Shown here: positions 1-13,100 of the stretch, piece after piece
Layout of the letters: each line of letters opens with the position of its first letter
How positions within the stretch are numbered: the first letter of the stretch is position 1
NCBI GenBank assembly: GCA_029855925.1
Contig: JAGSHP010000001.1
Location: 1 to 31,430, forward strand
Length of the DNA stretch: 31,430 nucleotides
From: Candidatus Thorarchaeota archaeon
Lineage (GTDB): Archaea > Asgardarchaeota > Thorarchaeia > Thorarchaeales > Thorarchaeaceae
Direction: 5' to 3'
Notes under the pieces: generated by a model
Told to the model about the DNA's origin: nothing
Databases searched by the model: none
What the model saw: the letters and a program-made list of their open reading frames with translations, nothing else
Program-made: the position numbers and the translations under genes

Positions 1-792
1 AGTCCAGTGAGCGGTCTGGAGAACCTGAAACGGTTGATTCTGTCATCAAATCGCCTCACGCGTATCGATCTGAGTCCCCTGCGTGGTATGGTGAACCTGA
101 TATCTCTGAACCTGTCACAAAATCGCCTCACGCGTATCGATTTGAGTCCCCTGCGTGGTCTGGAGAACCTGCAGTCGTTGGAGCTGTCACAAAATCTCCT
201 TGCACGTATCGATCTGAGTCCAGTGAGTGGTCTGGTGAATCTGAAAAAGTTGAATCTATCGGTAAATCCCCTCACGCGTATCGACCTGCGTCCAGTGAGC
301 GGCCTGGAGAACCTGGAAACATTGAATCTATCGGCAACTCATCTCACGCGTATTGACCTGCGTCCAGTGAGTGGCCTGGAGAACCTGAGAACGTTGAATC
401 TATCGTGGACTCAACTCACACGTATCGACCTGCGACCCCTGAGCGGTCTGGTGAGTCTGGAGGAGCTCCACTTGAGAGACGCCAATCTCTCGAACATCGA
501 CCTGGGTCCGTTGAGCGGTCTGGTGCACCTGAAAACGTTGGACCTGGCGTCAAATCACCTCACGCACATCGATCTGCGACCCCTGAGCGGTCTGGAGAAC
601 CTGGAATTGTTGGACCTGTCACAGAATCGTCTGAGGCGTATCGACCTGTCGCCGTTGAGCACGGTCAATGGTCTAAAGAAGCTGCACCTGGTGGCAAATC
701 CACTGGTGGGCATCGACCTGAGTCCATTGCGTGGTCTTGCGAACTTGGAATATATATATTTGAATCAGACCCCTCTTACGAACGTCGACCGT
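1..792 (+). repeat. 72-nt coding tandem repeat, 11 units (LRR units)
   Basis: CGTATCGA(T/C)(C/T)TG recurs at 61, 133 and onward with a 72-nt period. The protein units are 24 aa each. Confidence 0.92.
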
Positions 793-828
793 AGTTCGCT
801 CAGAGCCTCGGTACACGTCATTAAGTGA
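1..828 (+). CDS. Leucine-rich repeat protein, 5'-truncated by the window edge (11 x 24-aa LRR, consensus SPLSGLxNLxxLxLSxNxLTRIDL)
   Basis: Frame 1 is open from base 1 (SPVSGLENLKRL...) to TGA at 826-828. The track start at 7 is an internal GTG. The LxxLxLxxNxL core is clear in most units. Confidence 0.93.
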   Translation, partial: SPVSGLENLKRLILSSNRLTRIDLSPLRGMVNLISLNLSQNRLTRIDLSPLRGLENLQSLELSQNLLARIDLSPVSGLVNLKKLNLSVNPLTRIDLRPVSGLENLETLNLSATHLTRIDLRPVSGLENLRTLNLSWTQLTRIDLRPLSGLVSLEELHLRDANLSNIDLGPLSGLVHLKTLDLASNHLTHIDLRPLSGLENLELLDLSQNRLRRIDLSPLSTVNGLKKLHLVANPLVGIDLSPLRGLANLEYIYLNQTPLTNVDRSSLRASVHVIK

Positions 829-915
829 GGGTTGTGCGTAGATACGTAGAACTAGGACAGACTTGGACTCCCCTCAAGTGGATGTTGATGAAATTGCCAC
901 CAAAAATGCATGAGC

Positions 916-922
916 TTATATA
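916..922 (+). promoter_or_regulatory. Possible archaeal TATA box for the giant gene
   Basis: TTATATA in the intergenic spacer, ~105 nt upstream of the ATG. There is no convincing BRE directly upstream. Confidence 0.3.
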
Positions 923-1013
923 GGAACTTAACCTGCTAATTTTTGAACGTGTCCAGCACCGTACGTGTTGGGATGGTCGATCTTCTGGCCATTAAGTGGG
1001 ACTGTTCACGAAT

Positions 1014-1021
1014 AAGGGAGG
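1014..1021 (+). promoter_or_regulatory. Shine-Dalgarno-like site of the giant ORF
   Basis: AAGGGAGG followed by a 6-nt spacer (TTTAAT) and ATG at 1028. Confidence 0.7.
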
Positions 1022-1027
1022 TTTAAT

Positions 1028-1117
1028 ATGCAATTTAAAGCACACAGGGTTAATAGAGTCCTACTCTTTTTCACCCTAATGTTATGTCTTTCGACAATGA
1101 TACATGTGGCGTCTGCC
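1028..1117 (+). other. Sec-type signal peptide (30 aa)
   Basis: MQFKAHRVNR (basic n-region), VLLFFTLMLCLSTMI (h-region), then HVASA|TE with an A-S-A cleavage motif. Confidence 0.75.
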
Positions 1118-4100
1118 ACTGAAACACCCGTTGAAACACTGTCATTGCCCGAATACATATACTCTTGCTATGACGGCAGTACTGGATTTTCCGACACTCC
1201 CCAGGGAAGTGTGTCATTCTCATCTACATATGATGCAGTGAAGCTGCTGATGGATGAAACGGACCGTTCAGACTGGCCTGTAGGGATGAGCGGAGTATTG
1301 CGGACCATAGGAGATGCATACATCGCACTGCAGAGTCCCGAACGGGGTGGATTTCACTCCTTCAACTCAGCGTCCCCCGATTTTAAGACCACGGCACTTG
1401 TTCTTGAAACACTCCGTCTTCTTGGCAGGATTGATGAAGTTGATGTGGGCATGGTGCGGAGGTACTTGTGGTCCTCATTCAGAGGCAGCTTGACACTTGA
1501 GAGATGGACTACCGAGGGTGACATTGACATGAAATACTGGGCGCTGCGTACTGCTGTCGCCATTGACGATATCCGTGTGCTTGGACTGGGTAGAATCTCA
1601 CTCGACTACGTGTTGTCACCAGACAAGAACAGGGCAGATTACCCTGAGGGCGATCCTTACATGTTCTGGGGTGAGCGCTATCTCGGTCGCAGTGGCTTCG
1701 GTGATGCATTTAATGACATGAAGTTTACGACAAGGCTGCGTGCCATTGAGTCAATTCATATGATGATTAGTGATAAAAAAGAGGCACCGACTCTCATGCG
1801 ACTACTGATTGATGTTGATTCCTTTGTGTCAGAAGTACGAGAAAAGTTTGATATTGAGAGGTACATGTTTACAACAGATAATGGCGACACCGACTATGTG
1901 TTCACTGCCCGTGTGTTCAAGGTACTTGCAGACATTGGCAGGGTCGCAGACCTGTATAGCAGTGATGGACTCGGTGGGCAGAGTTTCACAAGGTCGCTGA
2001 TTGACATAGATAGTCGCCTTGACGGTTTCAGAAATGGTGTATCTCTGAGTGAAACCCCATCATTGTCTAGAATGACCTCACTTAGGCAGATCAGGGCATC
2101 CCTAGACACCATAATCAATCCGACTGTCGTGTACTTTGAACCAGTTTTTGGAAACTCCGACACTGGCATCTCAGACTGGGAACCCCACACTGGTTTCTAT
2201 TTTGGAGAGGAAACCGTGAACATGCTGCGAAACTCTCTCAAGTTTTCACATGATAATATTGATGATCAGCATGTGTCAATGTTCAGTATGGTCGTGATTC
2301 TCTCTGTTATAATGGTGGTGGGAATAATCGGTGACAAAAGGGTGGGCATCGTCCTGACCGTGCTCGTACTGTTGCTATTCATAGGGCAAGAGATCTACGG
2401 CATAGAGAGCGTGATACAATACGCATCATCCTTCGTTTCAGGCATGATTCCACAGTCACATGCTTTGGACCCGCTTGCTATGCGGGGCATGCTGGAAATA
2501 GGCACAAGGTACGTTGAAACGGTATTCACACCGCCAGACGAGGATGCCAGCATGGACTACTCAATGCAGGAGATTGAAATGGGTCCCAAATTGCAGGGAA
2601 CAAACAACCAATTCACGCCAGCCCTCAGCTTGGGTCCTTTCAAGAGCTGGGCGAGTAGATCCATTGCGAGGATAAAGTCCTACATAATTCCGCAGCTCAG
2701 TTCAGACCTTAGAATGGTGTTTGAGAATAATGAAGTCGCACAGAAAGACATAGTATCATTTCGTAATATTGAACTATTGAAAAATGCGGTTTCATCTGAA
2801 GAAGAGAATATGAACCTATTTGGAAATGAAGTCAAAGTGCCGAAGAACTTTGCGAAATTCTACAAAAATCTCGAAAGTGGAAGTTTGACAGCTGATGACT
2901 TCAAAAGTATTGAAATGAAGGGGCACATCCTCACGGCCGTGAGTATTGCGCTGGTCTGTTTCCTTGGTATAAGTCCGCATGAAGCCAAAAATTTAGTTGG
3001 CACATTGAGCGATGTTGTGCTTAGTGTGCGAAATAGCGTGAGTAAAATCTTTGCCAAGTTCGAAAAGAATGGAATTCTGGGCAAGAAGGAAACATTGCTT
3101 TCTATTACAGTAAATGACTTGTTCAAGAAGGATGTAGACTCCTTTGCCAAAGAATTATTGGAGCCAGCAATTGATGATATGAGATCCAAGGGGTATGATA
3201 TCAATGGACTCGAAAATAAAATTGATGAACTCCTGGAGAAGGTCAAGGAATCAGACAGCAAAATACGACTTTACGAGGTACTCGAGTCAATCTTGCGGAT
3301 ACTGGAAAACAGGGATCGTGATAATGATTATAGTAATGTGGCCAACCCTTTGGAAAACCTATATTCAGTCATACTAGCAAACAAAGATGCTGCTAAATAC
3401 AAAGCTGTGACTGGTTCGCCTGAGTTCCTTGCATCCATCACGCAGTTACTGGCGAAGCCAACTGATATGAAAACGCTGCTACATAAAATCTCTAGTACTT
3501 TTGGTAGAAGAGTGCTATTGGAGTTTGGAAAGGGTAGAAATGAGTTGGTGATGACAAAAAAGATGGCTGAGGTTGTACGTCGTATCGGTCTGTTGAATTG
3601 GCTCAGTAAATTTGACATTGATAAGTACTCAGAGAAGAAAGGATATTGCTACGGTGCAAACATAGGAAATGGTCAGGTCGTGGATGTCATCCAACTCTTC
3701 AATCTGGCCATTACTGAATTGGGATACCCCCCTGAGTATGCAATGGGTGATGTCATGGGACTTGCGGGAAATCTTGCCCATCTTAGCCCAGAGTTCCCCA
3801 GTAACAGTGATAGAGGTATCGTGGCAGTATGCATTAACTCTAATGGCAGATTCGTGTACCGAAATAATGAGGCTGTGTTTAAGAAACTTAGATCTGAGAA
3901 TGGCCATCAGTTTCAGGCAGAGTGGAATGGCAAAAGGTTGTTCATCGTTGCTGTAACCGAGCGTGATGATAATGGCGGTGCACGATACAAGGGGGTCTTC
4001 GGACTCCCCCAAAAAATCGCAGATCGTTTGGGGGTGGGAATTGAAACCAAAAATGAACTATCCGACATGAGGGCCATAAAGATTCTTGAGGAGAAAACCA

Positions 4101-7100
4101 ACGATAGGGGAGAACCAATCTTTTTCATCAATGAGAATTCGTTGCAGGAGTTGCAGCAGGAACTCAGCAAGGGCGATGACATCTTCCGTGTGCTAAAGAA
4201 GTTCGGTCTAACAGAGATAGAGCTCAAGTTAGGTCCTGACGGGTCTCAGACCATTATTGGGAAAAAAAACCGCAACGGGGTACCTGTGACAATGTCAGGG
4301 TCTGTTGATAAGAATGTTGTCATTCCATACATCGAAATGGCACTCGAATTCGCCCTTGAGTTACTCAAATATGAGCCAACTTATATTGAGTTCACAGATA
4401 ATGGAAACGGATTGTTGACTGCTCAGGGCAGTGCAAGGACATCTCTGTCCAATTCCATGATAAAAATCACTGAAGATTTTAGCAAAGTGTTTTCACGGGG
4501 CCCACGTCATGGTACAATACGACTCACAGAAACACTGAGTTCTGACATGTCAATCTGGAGGACTGACTCCCGCCAAAATGAACAAACGGGTGGATCTTCT
4601 TCTGACACTCAGACGCCGTATCAACAGATTGATGAATTTCGTAGTAGTCTGATAGAAGAATGTAAAGAACGTTTTCTAGGAGGAAAGGACATTGAGAGCG
4701 GGGTTTTGAGGATAAGAATTGATGACATTACCTTTGCTAAAGATGGAACGATTAGTTTTGGCAAATCCTCGAAAACTGGAAAATATGTCGGGCCAAACAT
4801 TAAGGCATTAATGGACCTGCTAACAGCCAAAGATGATTCATCAAGCCATTCAGACATAGAGAATGGTGGGACCTTAAGAGCAGAGCTGTTCCTATTCCAT
4901 GATCCAAATGAGAATACAGATAAAGCGTTCTTACTCGTGAGTCTGAAGGTAAATAATGAATATGAGCCGATTATTTTCGATGATATCGCCACTATCCTGA
5001 AGAGTCAGACACCCATTCTCTATAAGAATGGAAAAATAGCCGAGTCTCTTAAGGCTCTCTCAGCCGAGGGAGACTATGGGAATGCAGTAGCAAGTGCCTA
5101 TGAGATAGATGAAATACTAACAAATCTGAAGACGATTACTGAGGGTAGTAATAATAATATTGTTGACATGATTACAAAAATAGAGAACAAGATTAATACA
5201 ATTAGGCAAAAAATTAATAATGCGTTCCGAGAACATGTAATTGCAAAATTAAATGATGGGGTCTTGGAAAATAGTGATGTTGTACATGCAGTACATAACC
5301 ATTTAGACACGCTCTTCAACTCTGTGATTGCTGGACGTGCAATGGCAAAGACTGTGATGGCATATATCAAAGGTATTGGAGAAGAGCGAAAAGGAGCAAA
5401 TGTTAACATTGTCGCAGACGCAATCGCACATATTGTGGCAAGGAAAGTTGTGTTTATGGATGCAGTTGACAACGGACTGTTAAAACGTGGAAGTCCGTAT
5501 GAACAATGGGTGAGCACGGACGGAAAGCTTGTCCTTTACAGACAGATGAAGTCGGCAATTGCCCAGTCAACTCACAACTATGGCCGTGCCACTGATGTGG
5601 AGGCATTTCTCATCAAGACGAACATCAATGTTTCAAAACTCAGTAAGACAAAGGCTGCAAGTAAAGGTAACTACGTGATAGAAGGAATATGTCCAGTCGG
5701 TGTCATGGTGAAAGATCACATCGAATCTAGTTCTTATCTTGGGCCAGAACGGGTGAGCAAAATGAGCGATGTGGGTGGATATTACGGTGTGTATCAACGG
5801 CTGATAATTGCTTACCGTTTGAACAAGATAAAAGATGGCGTGCAAGAGCATCACATTGTCACTGCAAAAATGGGTGGGATTGGTTGGGTAGAAACTCTTG
5901 AAATGCTATCTATGTTGTACTCCATGTATGAAATAGCAAATATTATGAAAAAGAATAGTGCAAAAGCATTCATCAAAACGCAGATAGATTTCCTATTGCC
6001 CCCCGATGCCAATAATGACTATGCCGTTGCGTTGAAAGGTGCAATGGATGAGTTTCATGAAATATCTAATGCAATGAAAAAAATTCTGAAAATGTTCGAC
6101 ACTCCAAACTTGAATACCCTAAAACTGCCCATCAGTCGACTACTCCTGAATTGGATGTTACTGACATTGTGTATACCGTACAAAACAGATCCGGGTCCAA
6201 GAATATCTGATGTCAACCATGCCAACATTGTTTCGCTCTTGAACTGGTACAAGAACATGTTTGTCCTCGACCCGTCTATTATGATGGACAACACAAAGAT
6301 GATATTGTCCTCGTTTGCGCCGTTGGGTATTCAGGGAGAGGTCGAGCAGTATATTGCGGGGTGGCTCAAGGCGCTCATCCATGACGATAGCGTGTCCATG
6401 GCCCTCAAACAGGATGTGCTAAATGAACTGACCTACGATATCATTGGATCTGGTCGCCTCGCAGATGACTGGCCGTACCCGCCGTTTCAGATTGGTGAAT
6501 GGAGGTTCATCAACGAGGAGAAAGACGCATGGTACAACCTCTGCGATCCGCAGGACATAACTACTGGTGTCGATTTTGGCAGTGTTCCACTCAGTCAGGA
6601 AGTCCACATCACCGAGGAGATGAAGATTGACAGCATCAGACTCTATGTGACAATGCCGTGGACCGACAATGTTGCAGCGTTCCCGTTCAGGATCTCCGTT
6701 AGTGATGGCAAGACCGTAGCCTCGGGGAGAACAGATGTGTGGAAAGACGGTGTCGTAACATTATCACTTGACAGACAGATTCACGTTAATGATGGTGACA
6801 CTGTGACTATCACACTAGTTGCTCAGGAGACGATGGGACGCGTTTGGCTGACCCATCGGGGTTTGCTGTCTAGGGCACAGGATAAGATGGCTGGTCGTTT
6901 CATGGGCGATGGCAATGAGCTCGAGGGTACGGTGATGTACGTGGCGCTTCACGACGCCATGAAGAGTTCTGTGATTGGTTGGCAGAAGACGGGTATCAGG
7001 TTTGAGTCGGACATAGATGTTGACACCTCCGTGCTTATCGGCGATGGTCAAAACTACCTTGATGCATACTTCACGTCTAATCCCCAGGATAAGATGCCGA

Positions 7101-10100
7101 GGATGTGGATAGTAGCGACAGCATTCAACACTACCACGAATAGCACCAGTGTTGAGATGTTCAACTATGAGTTCACGGAATCTAGGATTTACTCCGAGAT
7201 TCCAGACAAGAGCTACCAGAACGTTCCCGTATACATCTACGGTGATGGTCTTGATTCGTTTTTCGTGGAGTTAGGTCTGCGCATCACCGATCAAACGAAC
7301 GTCAAGTACATCACAGACAACGACCTTATTGACATAGTCTTCTCGCGCAAAAAAGGACTGGTAGTTGTCACTACTGACACCGTGCCAGCAAAGGTCATGC
7401 TGGCGGCATCAAGCGGCAAGACGTACTTGCGTGAGTGGCTCGAAGATGGCAACCAGATAGTGAGTGCTGGTGTGTTGCCATTCAGCAATGTGATCAACAA
7501 CGGGCAAAAGCTGGACACCTTCGATTTCCTTTACGGGAACGAGATCTCTTCCAGTGGTGCTTCACGTATCACAGAGGCGCTGATCACGGGCCATTCTGCC
7601 AGTGTGACTCAGGCGCAGGCGGCGATATACCAGAACCCCGCGGGTACTAACAACACCTACACGATGGAGCTGGGCGGTGAGGTAACGGATGACTACATCG
7701 AACTCAGTGGCAACGCGATTGATAATGATGGATCTATGACCTTCGTGTTCGGCATAGCAGCGGCTGATTGCAACTCGACACCGAAGAGGTACCAGACCTT
7801 TGACATCACCTTTGACGGGCACACAATCTTTGACAGGTTCACGCTGGACCAGCTGCGTACAGCGAACCACAATCTTGGTTCGAGTGGTGTGTTTTACGGC
7901 AACAATGCACGATTGTATGTACAGCACGTTGGCAATATAGAGCAGATTGATGGTACTGTGGACTGTGACTTCCTCATGTACCTGACTGTCGATGGTAGCT
8001 GGTTCTTCAAGGGGCCTCATACAATTGGTATACATGACAGGGATGACAATAGGAATCCGTCCATGCAGACCATAAGGGTACTCGAGCTGGGCAACATTAT
8101 GGAATATGAGAGGCTCAACAGACGCGAAACATTTGAGCGTGTCTTGGCGAGGTATCAAGGCGTACCAGAGATAGGCGCCGGTGTATTCGCCGTCACGGGA
8201 ATGGATATGGTGGTTAAATCGAATGAGGAACTCAGGAGTTCCTTCACCCTTAGCAACACAATCGGCCTAGATCCTGTGGAATCGATATACGCGATTGACC
8301 TGTCAGCCGTGTCTCCGTTCAAGGTCTATGGTGTCGATCTGACGGGCAAGTTCGGCGAGGCCACCGTTCGTGTAGGTGGCGGCTATTTTACGATGATTGA
8401 CATTGTACCATACTCAATAAACAACTGGGACACGATTGCCAAGCTACAGTACGTGCTGACTGGTGTGGTTGGCGACTGGACATGGCAGCACAGTACACTT
8501 ACTACTGATGGCTTCGGGCTCTACGTGAACGGTCAGACGTTCGAGGGCATGACCCACATGGTGGACACTGTCGACACTAAGGCACGGGTACATCAGGCAC
8601 TGGTGCCAAACAGGGACCTGAAGAATGATGGCTCCTATGCGAACTCCTTTGACACGGTATCGAACGTCAGTGCCGTGAACGCTACATTGGAGTGGACTAA
8701 CGGTGCAGTACTCGTGAATGGCAGTGCGGCTGGTGCGTCTGGCCAGTTCAGCATGACTGTGACCGGTGCTGACATGACAGACGACTATCTGTTCGTATCA
8801 GCCTACATGGTCAACTGTAGCCTCTCTGTGAACAGCACAGTGGGCAACATTGGTAATGTCCGTAGCAACGGCATCAGTATGTTCAAGCTTAGCACCGGTA
8901 CGCATACAAACATCTCCTTCGTGGCAACATCAGATGGTGACGGTGCATTGTTCAAGCTATACTGGATGTCCAGTTCTAAGACGCCCTTCCTGATGAGCGA
9001 CCAGCAAGTGGTGGTGGAGGATTTCTATTCCGTTGACAATCTCGTTGCATCAGGTTTTGAGTCTGATATTGTGACAGCATCAGGCGGTCTTCTGACCTTT
9101 GCACATGACGGTCTTGGCAATGATGTGGACTCGGTGTATTTTGACACTGAACCCATCCACGACCCAAGATTGATCCTCGAAATACGGCATATGGTCAATG
9201 AGACTGTGCAAGACATGGTCATCAGTGTCGTATTGCACTCAGAACAGAGATGCTCTGGTTTCAACCAGACTATCGTGCTTAATCCGAAGACATCTATGAA
9301 TACTGAGCGACACCATGTCACACTCACCACAATCCGTTCGATAGAGCTGAGGTTGTCATCACCTGCAGTTAGCTCCAACATGGCATGGATTATTGACTGG
9401 CTGGAACTCTCGGTGGACTCTGACATAGCACTCACGATGGATGACCCGATGTATGTGTCATCTATTGGTGATGTTGTGTACGAAATCGCTGGTGATGAGC
9501 TAAATATCTACACAAACAGCACAACAACAGTAGAGGTATTTATCCCTGATGTGTTTGTCAACACCGCAAGCTACCCGTACATGCATGTTAAACATTCCAA
9601 CAATATGACCAGTGCTAACATCACCCTTTGCACGACTGATGGAAATTTCAGCTACACACTGTCAGACACTGGACTTGATATGTTCAATCTTACTACACTG
9701 GAGGTAGACATCACCAGTATTGCAGTGCGTGTGACATCCGATGGTGCGAACCGTACCTTATCGCTCGATGCGATTGTCTTCTCTGACATTGCAACAACAC
9801 TCAATCAACGGAACAAAGTGACGGTTTTCTACCAAACAGATACTGGTCTCTCAACAATCGTGTTAGACGATCATCTGATGTCATGGGACGTAGGTCTGCT
9901 GACCATTGGCAACGACACATGGGTTGGCTCACGCACCGAGACCAGCATCGTCGAATGGACATGGGATGTGATGATTGTGCGTCAGGACATTCTTGATACT
10001 GATGCTTCTGTGACCGTGATGTTCTTCAATGACGGTCTCATTGACTTTTTCATCGACACTGATTCGTATGGTGTCATTATGAACCATCAGTACACCGCAA

Positions 10101-13100
10101 CCAAGTACTCTGATAGCTTTGGTGTAGTGAACAACACTGTTGTGAGTGATATTATCCGAACACCGACCTTTGCTGCGATGTATGGCAGCGGTGTTGGTCC
10201 AGCGGTCACCGCACTTGACGGTGAGAGGGTCACGGCATCTGTGCCGATGTCACGGTTCTCCATTGACATGAATGCCAATGACTCCGCCGTGCTTATCCCC
10301 TTCGTACAAGAGCGTTTCGAAACCATCGCTGGTGTCGAGATCGATCCCAACTTTGTAGTTTCAATAACTGATGTTTCAAAAGGTGGACTGCTCAGCGGAT
10401 GGACAGGAATTATCGACTCGCAAGACGTTGCGTATTGGGATGGCAGATTCAGTGAAGTCTATGCATTGCATGAGACCTTTAGTGGCAGTAGTAAGTGGAT
10501 TATCGACAACGAAGGGCAGACTATGGACACCAAAACAGCACTCGAAAAAATGACGGCCGAATCCATTGACGGGAAAATGATACTGACCCTTAATGCCAAC
10601 GAGAGCACCACAGAGACCGTGGTCATGAAATACAACTTTCTCGACATCCCAGTGAAAAACTACCCATTCTTCAGGATTGTAGCATCCGGTGATGAGAACC
10701 TCACGTTGACTGTCAAGATTAACATCACAGGTGAATCCGTGCTCTATGATGTGTGCACAATCACGCCCACGGAGAAGAATGAGGAAACAATCAAGAACAT
10801 TTATTACATACTCGACAGCGCTGGTAGGCCGGATGCTGTCATTCAGGGTGTGGAGATATGGATTGAGGAGGTCTCGCCATCAAAGATCTGTAACAAGACC
10901 GTGATGCTTGATGAAGTGGACATATACGCGATATCCGGCTTTGAGGCGATTATCATACCGAACTACACAAACGAGAACTCTGTGGCGAAGAGCAATGGTG
11001 CAATGCTCACACTGTCTGCGGACAAGGAAAAAAGGATGAGGCTGCGCAGGATTATGGAGCCGCGGATTGACACCACCATGAACAGGATATTCCAGTGGCG
11101 AGAGTATGTTGGTTACGAGTCCACGATAAACATAGTCGTGACCAATAGCTCCAGCAGTTCATATGTTATAGACGAGGATAACACCAACTGGGCAGTGGTC
11201 ACTGACGATGTGTCTGAGATTCTCGAGATTGCCGAACTCAACATCACGCATGTGTCTGGCGCAAACACCGAGGGCGAGTCTCATATAGACTGGATTAGGG
11301 TGATGAAGCCTTACACCTCCCTCTATATGTGGGAGGGTTTCGATGACGGATCATGGACACCGACTGGCGGTTTCACACTCAGCGCATTCTCAATGCCTGC
11401 GCCTTCTCCAGATAATGAGATAAACGAACCCTGGACAGGTTCTGTGTCAGGACAGTCGGTGGAGCGGTGGTCGAGTTATGACGCCGACCCGGGCTCGTTC
11501 AGTAACGGTGGGCATCTCTCGATACATGACGCCACCCATTATGAGTGGACACAGTGGTACATTGCAGACGTGACACGGGATCACGGGTACACCAGTCAGC
11601 ATACCAACATCAACAACGAACAGGACTGTGGTATCGATGACGGATACAAGGCGGCACAGGCTGTCGGTCCAATTGCGACAAATGAGTACGTGACGGCATT
11701 CAAGGTCTATATCAAGGCGTGGGAAGACCCATTGTTCATAGGAAAGAACGTTCGATGGCGGGTATACTCTGGTACGGAGACAACACCCAACTACAACTCG
11801 ATATTGCGATCTGGCAGTTTTGACGCCTCCACATCTGCATTTGGCTGGTATACCATATCGTTCTCCGCAATATACGGCAGCAACTCATACCTCTGGATCT
11901 CCGTTATGGGCAATAAGTATCTGGATCATGGTGGTGGGCTCTCAAATGATGAGCATCCCACTGCCGATCAATATGTCTATTCCAGAGTCTATTGGAAGTA
12001 TGACTCCACCTCGGACAGCAGTCCGGGAGGGAAACGGTATCTGAGTGGCATTGGCAGTGACTGGTATGACTTTGCGGTTCAATATCGGAAATACACAAAG
12101 TACAGTGGGTCATCAGTCTATAACTATGGTATCACGATTAACTGGCACGACAGTAGCGGGAACCATCAGCAGCAGTTGTCCACGGATGGTACAAAGGTCA
12201 CACACTCTGCAAGCACGGACGATGTGTGGGTGACCGCCGTTTCGTCCATTACGAACATCAATCCCTCACGAGTGGTTTCATACTACAAACGTCCTACAGC
12301 GAGTACCAGTGCCTACTTCTCAGCAGACCCCGACACAGAGGTGACAACATGGGAGTTTCCGAAGGACTTTGTACTGACCAACTACGGCGACCATGATAAT
12401 ACGAATGACGGTAAGTTCAGGTTCAACAAAGACTCGTCATGGTCGTACTCAAGCATAAGTCCCACGGGGCCCTCAGTGACTATTGTCGGGAATCAGGTGA
12501 CTGTCACAAATGTGGTGTACGGGACCGCGTACACACTGACATTCACACAGTCAAACACTGCACTGACGATCACACCAAAGAGGACCGATTCAGGGGGTAA
12601 TGTGTTGGAGGACGGCCCTGATGATGTACCATACCTGGGATATTCACGAAGCACCACCTCTGCAGGTGCGGGCAACAATGGCATCTTCTATGTATACGGA
12701 TATGTCTGGGACATGATAGACGGACACAGTGCCACTCTTGAGTTCAGTGAGACCTCCTCAAGTGGGCTGAGTACATACACAAGTAGCAACAGGCAGATGA
12801 CCTATCCGGTTGACTCCGGCCTCTACTATCGGGTGTGTTGGGCATCCGACAGTGGATTGAAGCGGTTTTGTGAGGCTGAGGGTCACTACATCCGCGAGCC
12901 TGCACTTGATACGGACCTCTCCCACAATCCGAGCTATGACTCCTCTCAGCAGTCCAATAGTGAGCATGTGGAAGTGAGACTGGACTACATGTATGGTTCC
13001 AGTGACATCACCATGCATTATCGAGTTGGTGGTGGAAGCTGGCAGACCACTGTGGAGTCCGGTGTGACCCACGGTCCCACCGGTGAGCAGAACTATGCTC

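Noticed and set aside
1-792. 72-nt periodic repeat as a CRISPR array or DGR template/variable repeat
   Set aside because: The repeats are in-frame coding LRR units without unique spacers. There is no reverse transcriptase gene and no adenine-specific variant copy.
405-794. 129-aa alternative-frame ORF with YRPATPERSGE repeats
   Set aside because: It is an off-frame shadow of the 72-nt LRR repeat; its periodicity is inherited from the real gene.
861-879. Short inverted repeat ACTTG...CAAGT after the LRR stop as a terminator
   Set aside because: The stem is only 5 bp and has no following T-tract.
947-968. ACGTGT direct repeat in the intergenic spacer
   Set aside because: Two 6-mers are too short to distinguish from chance.
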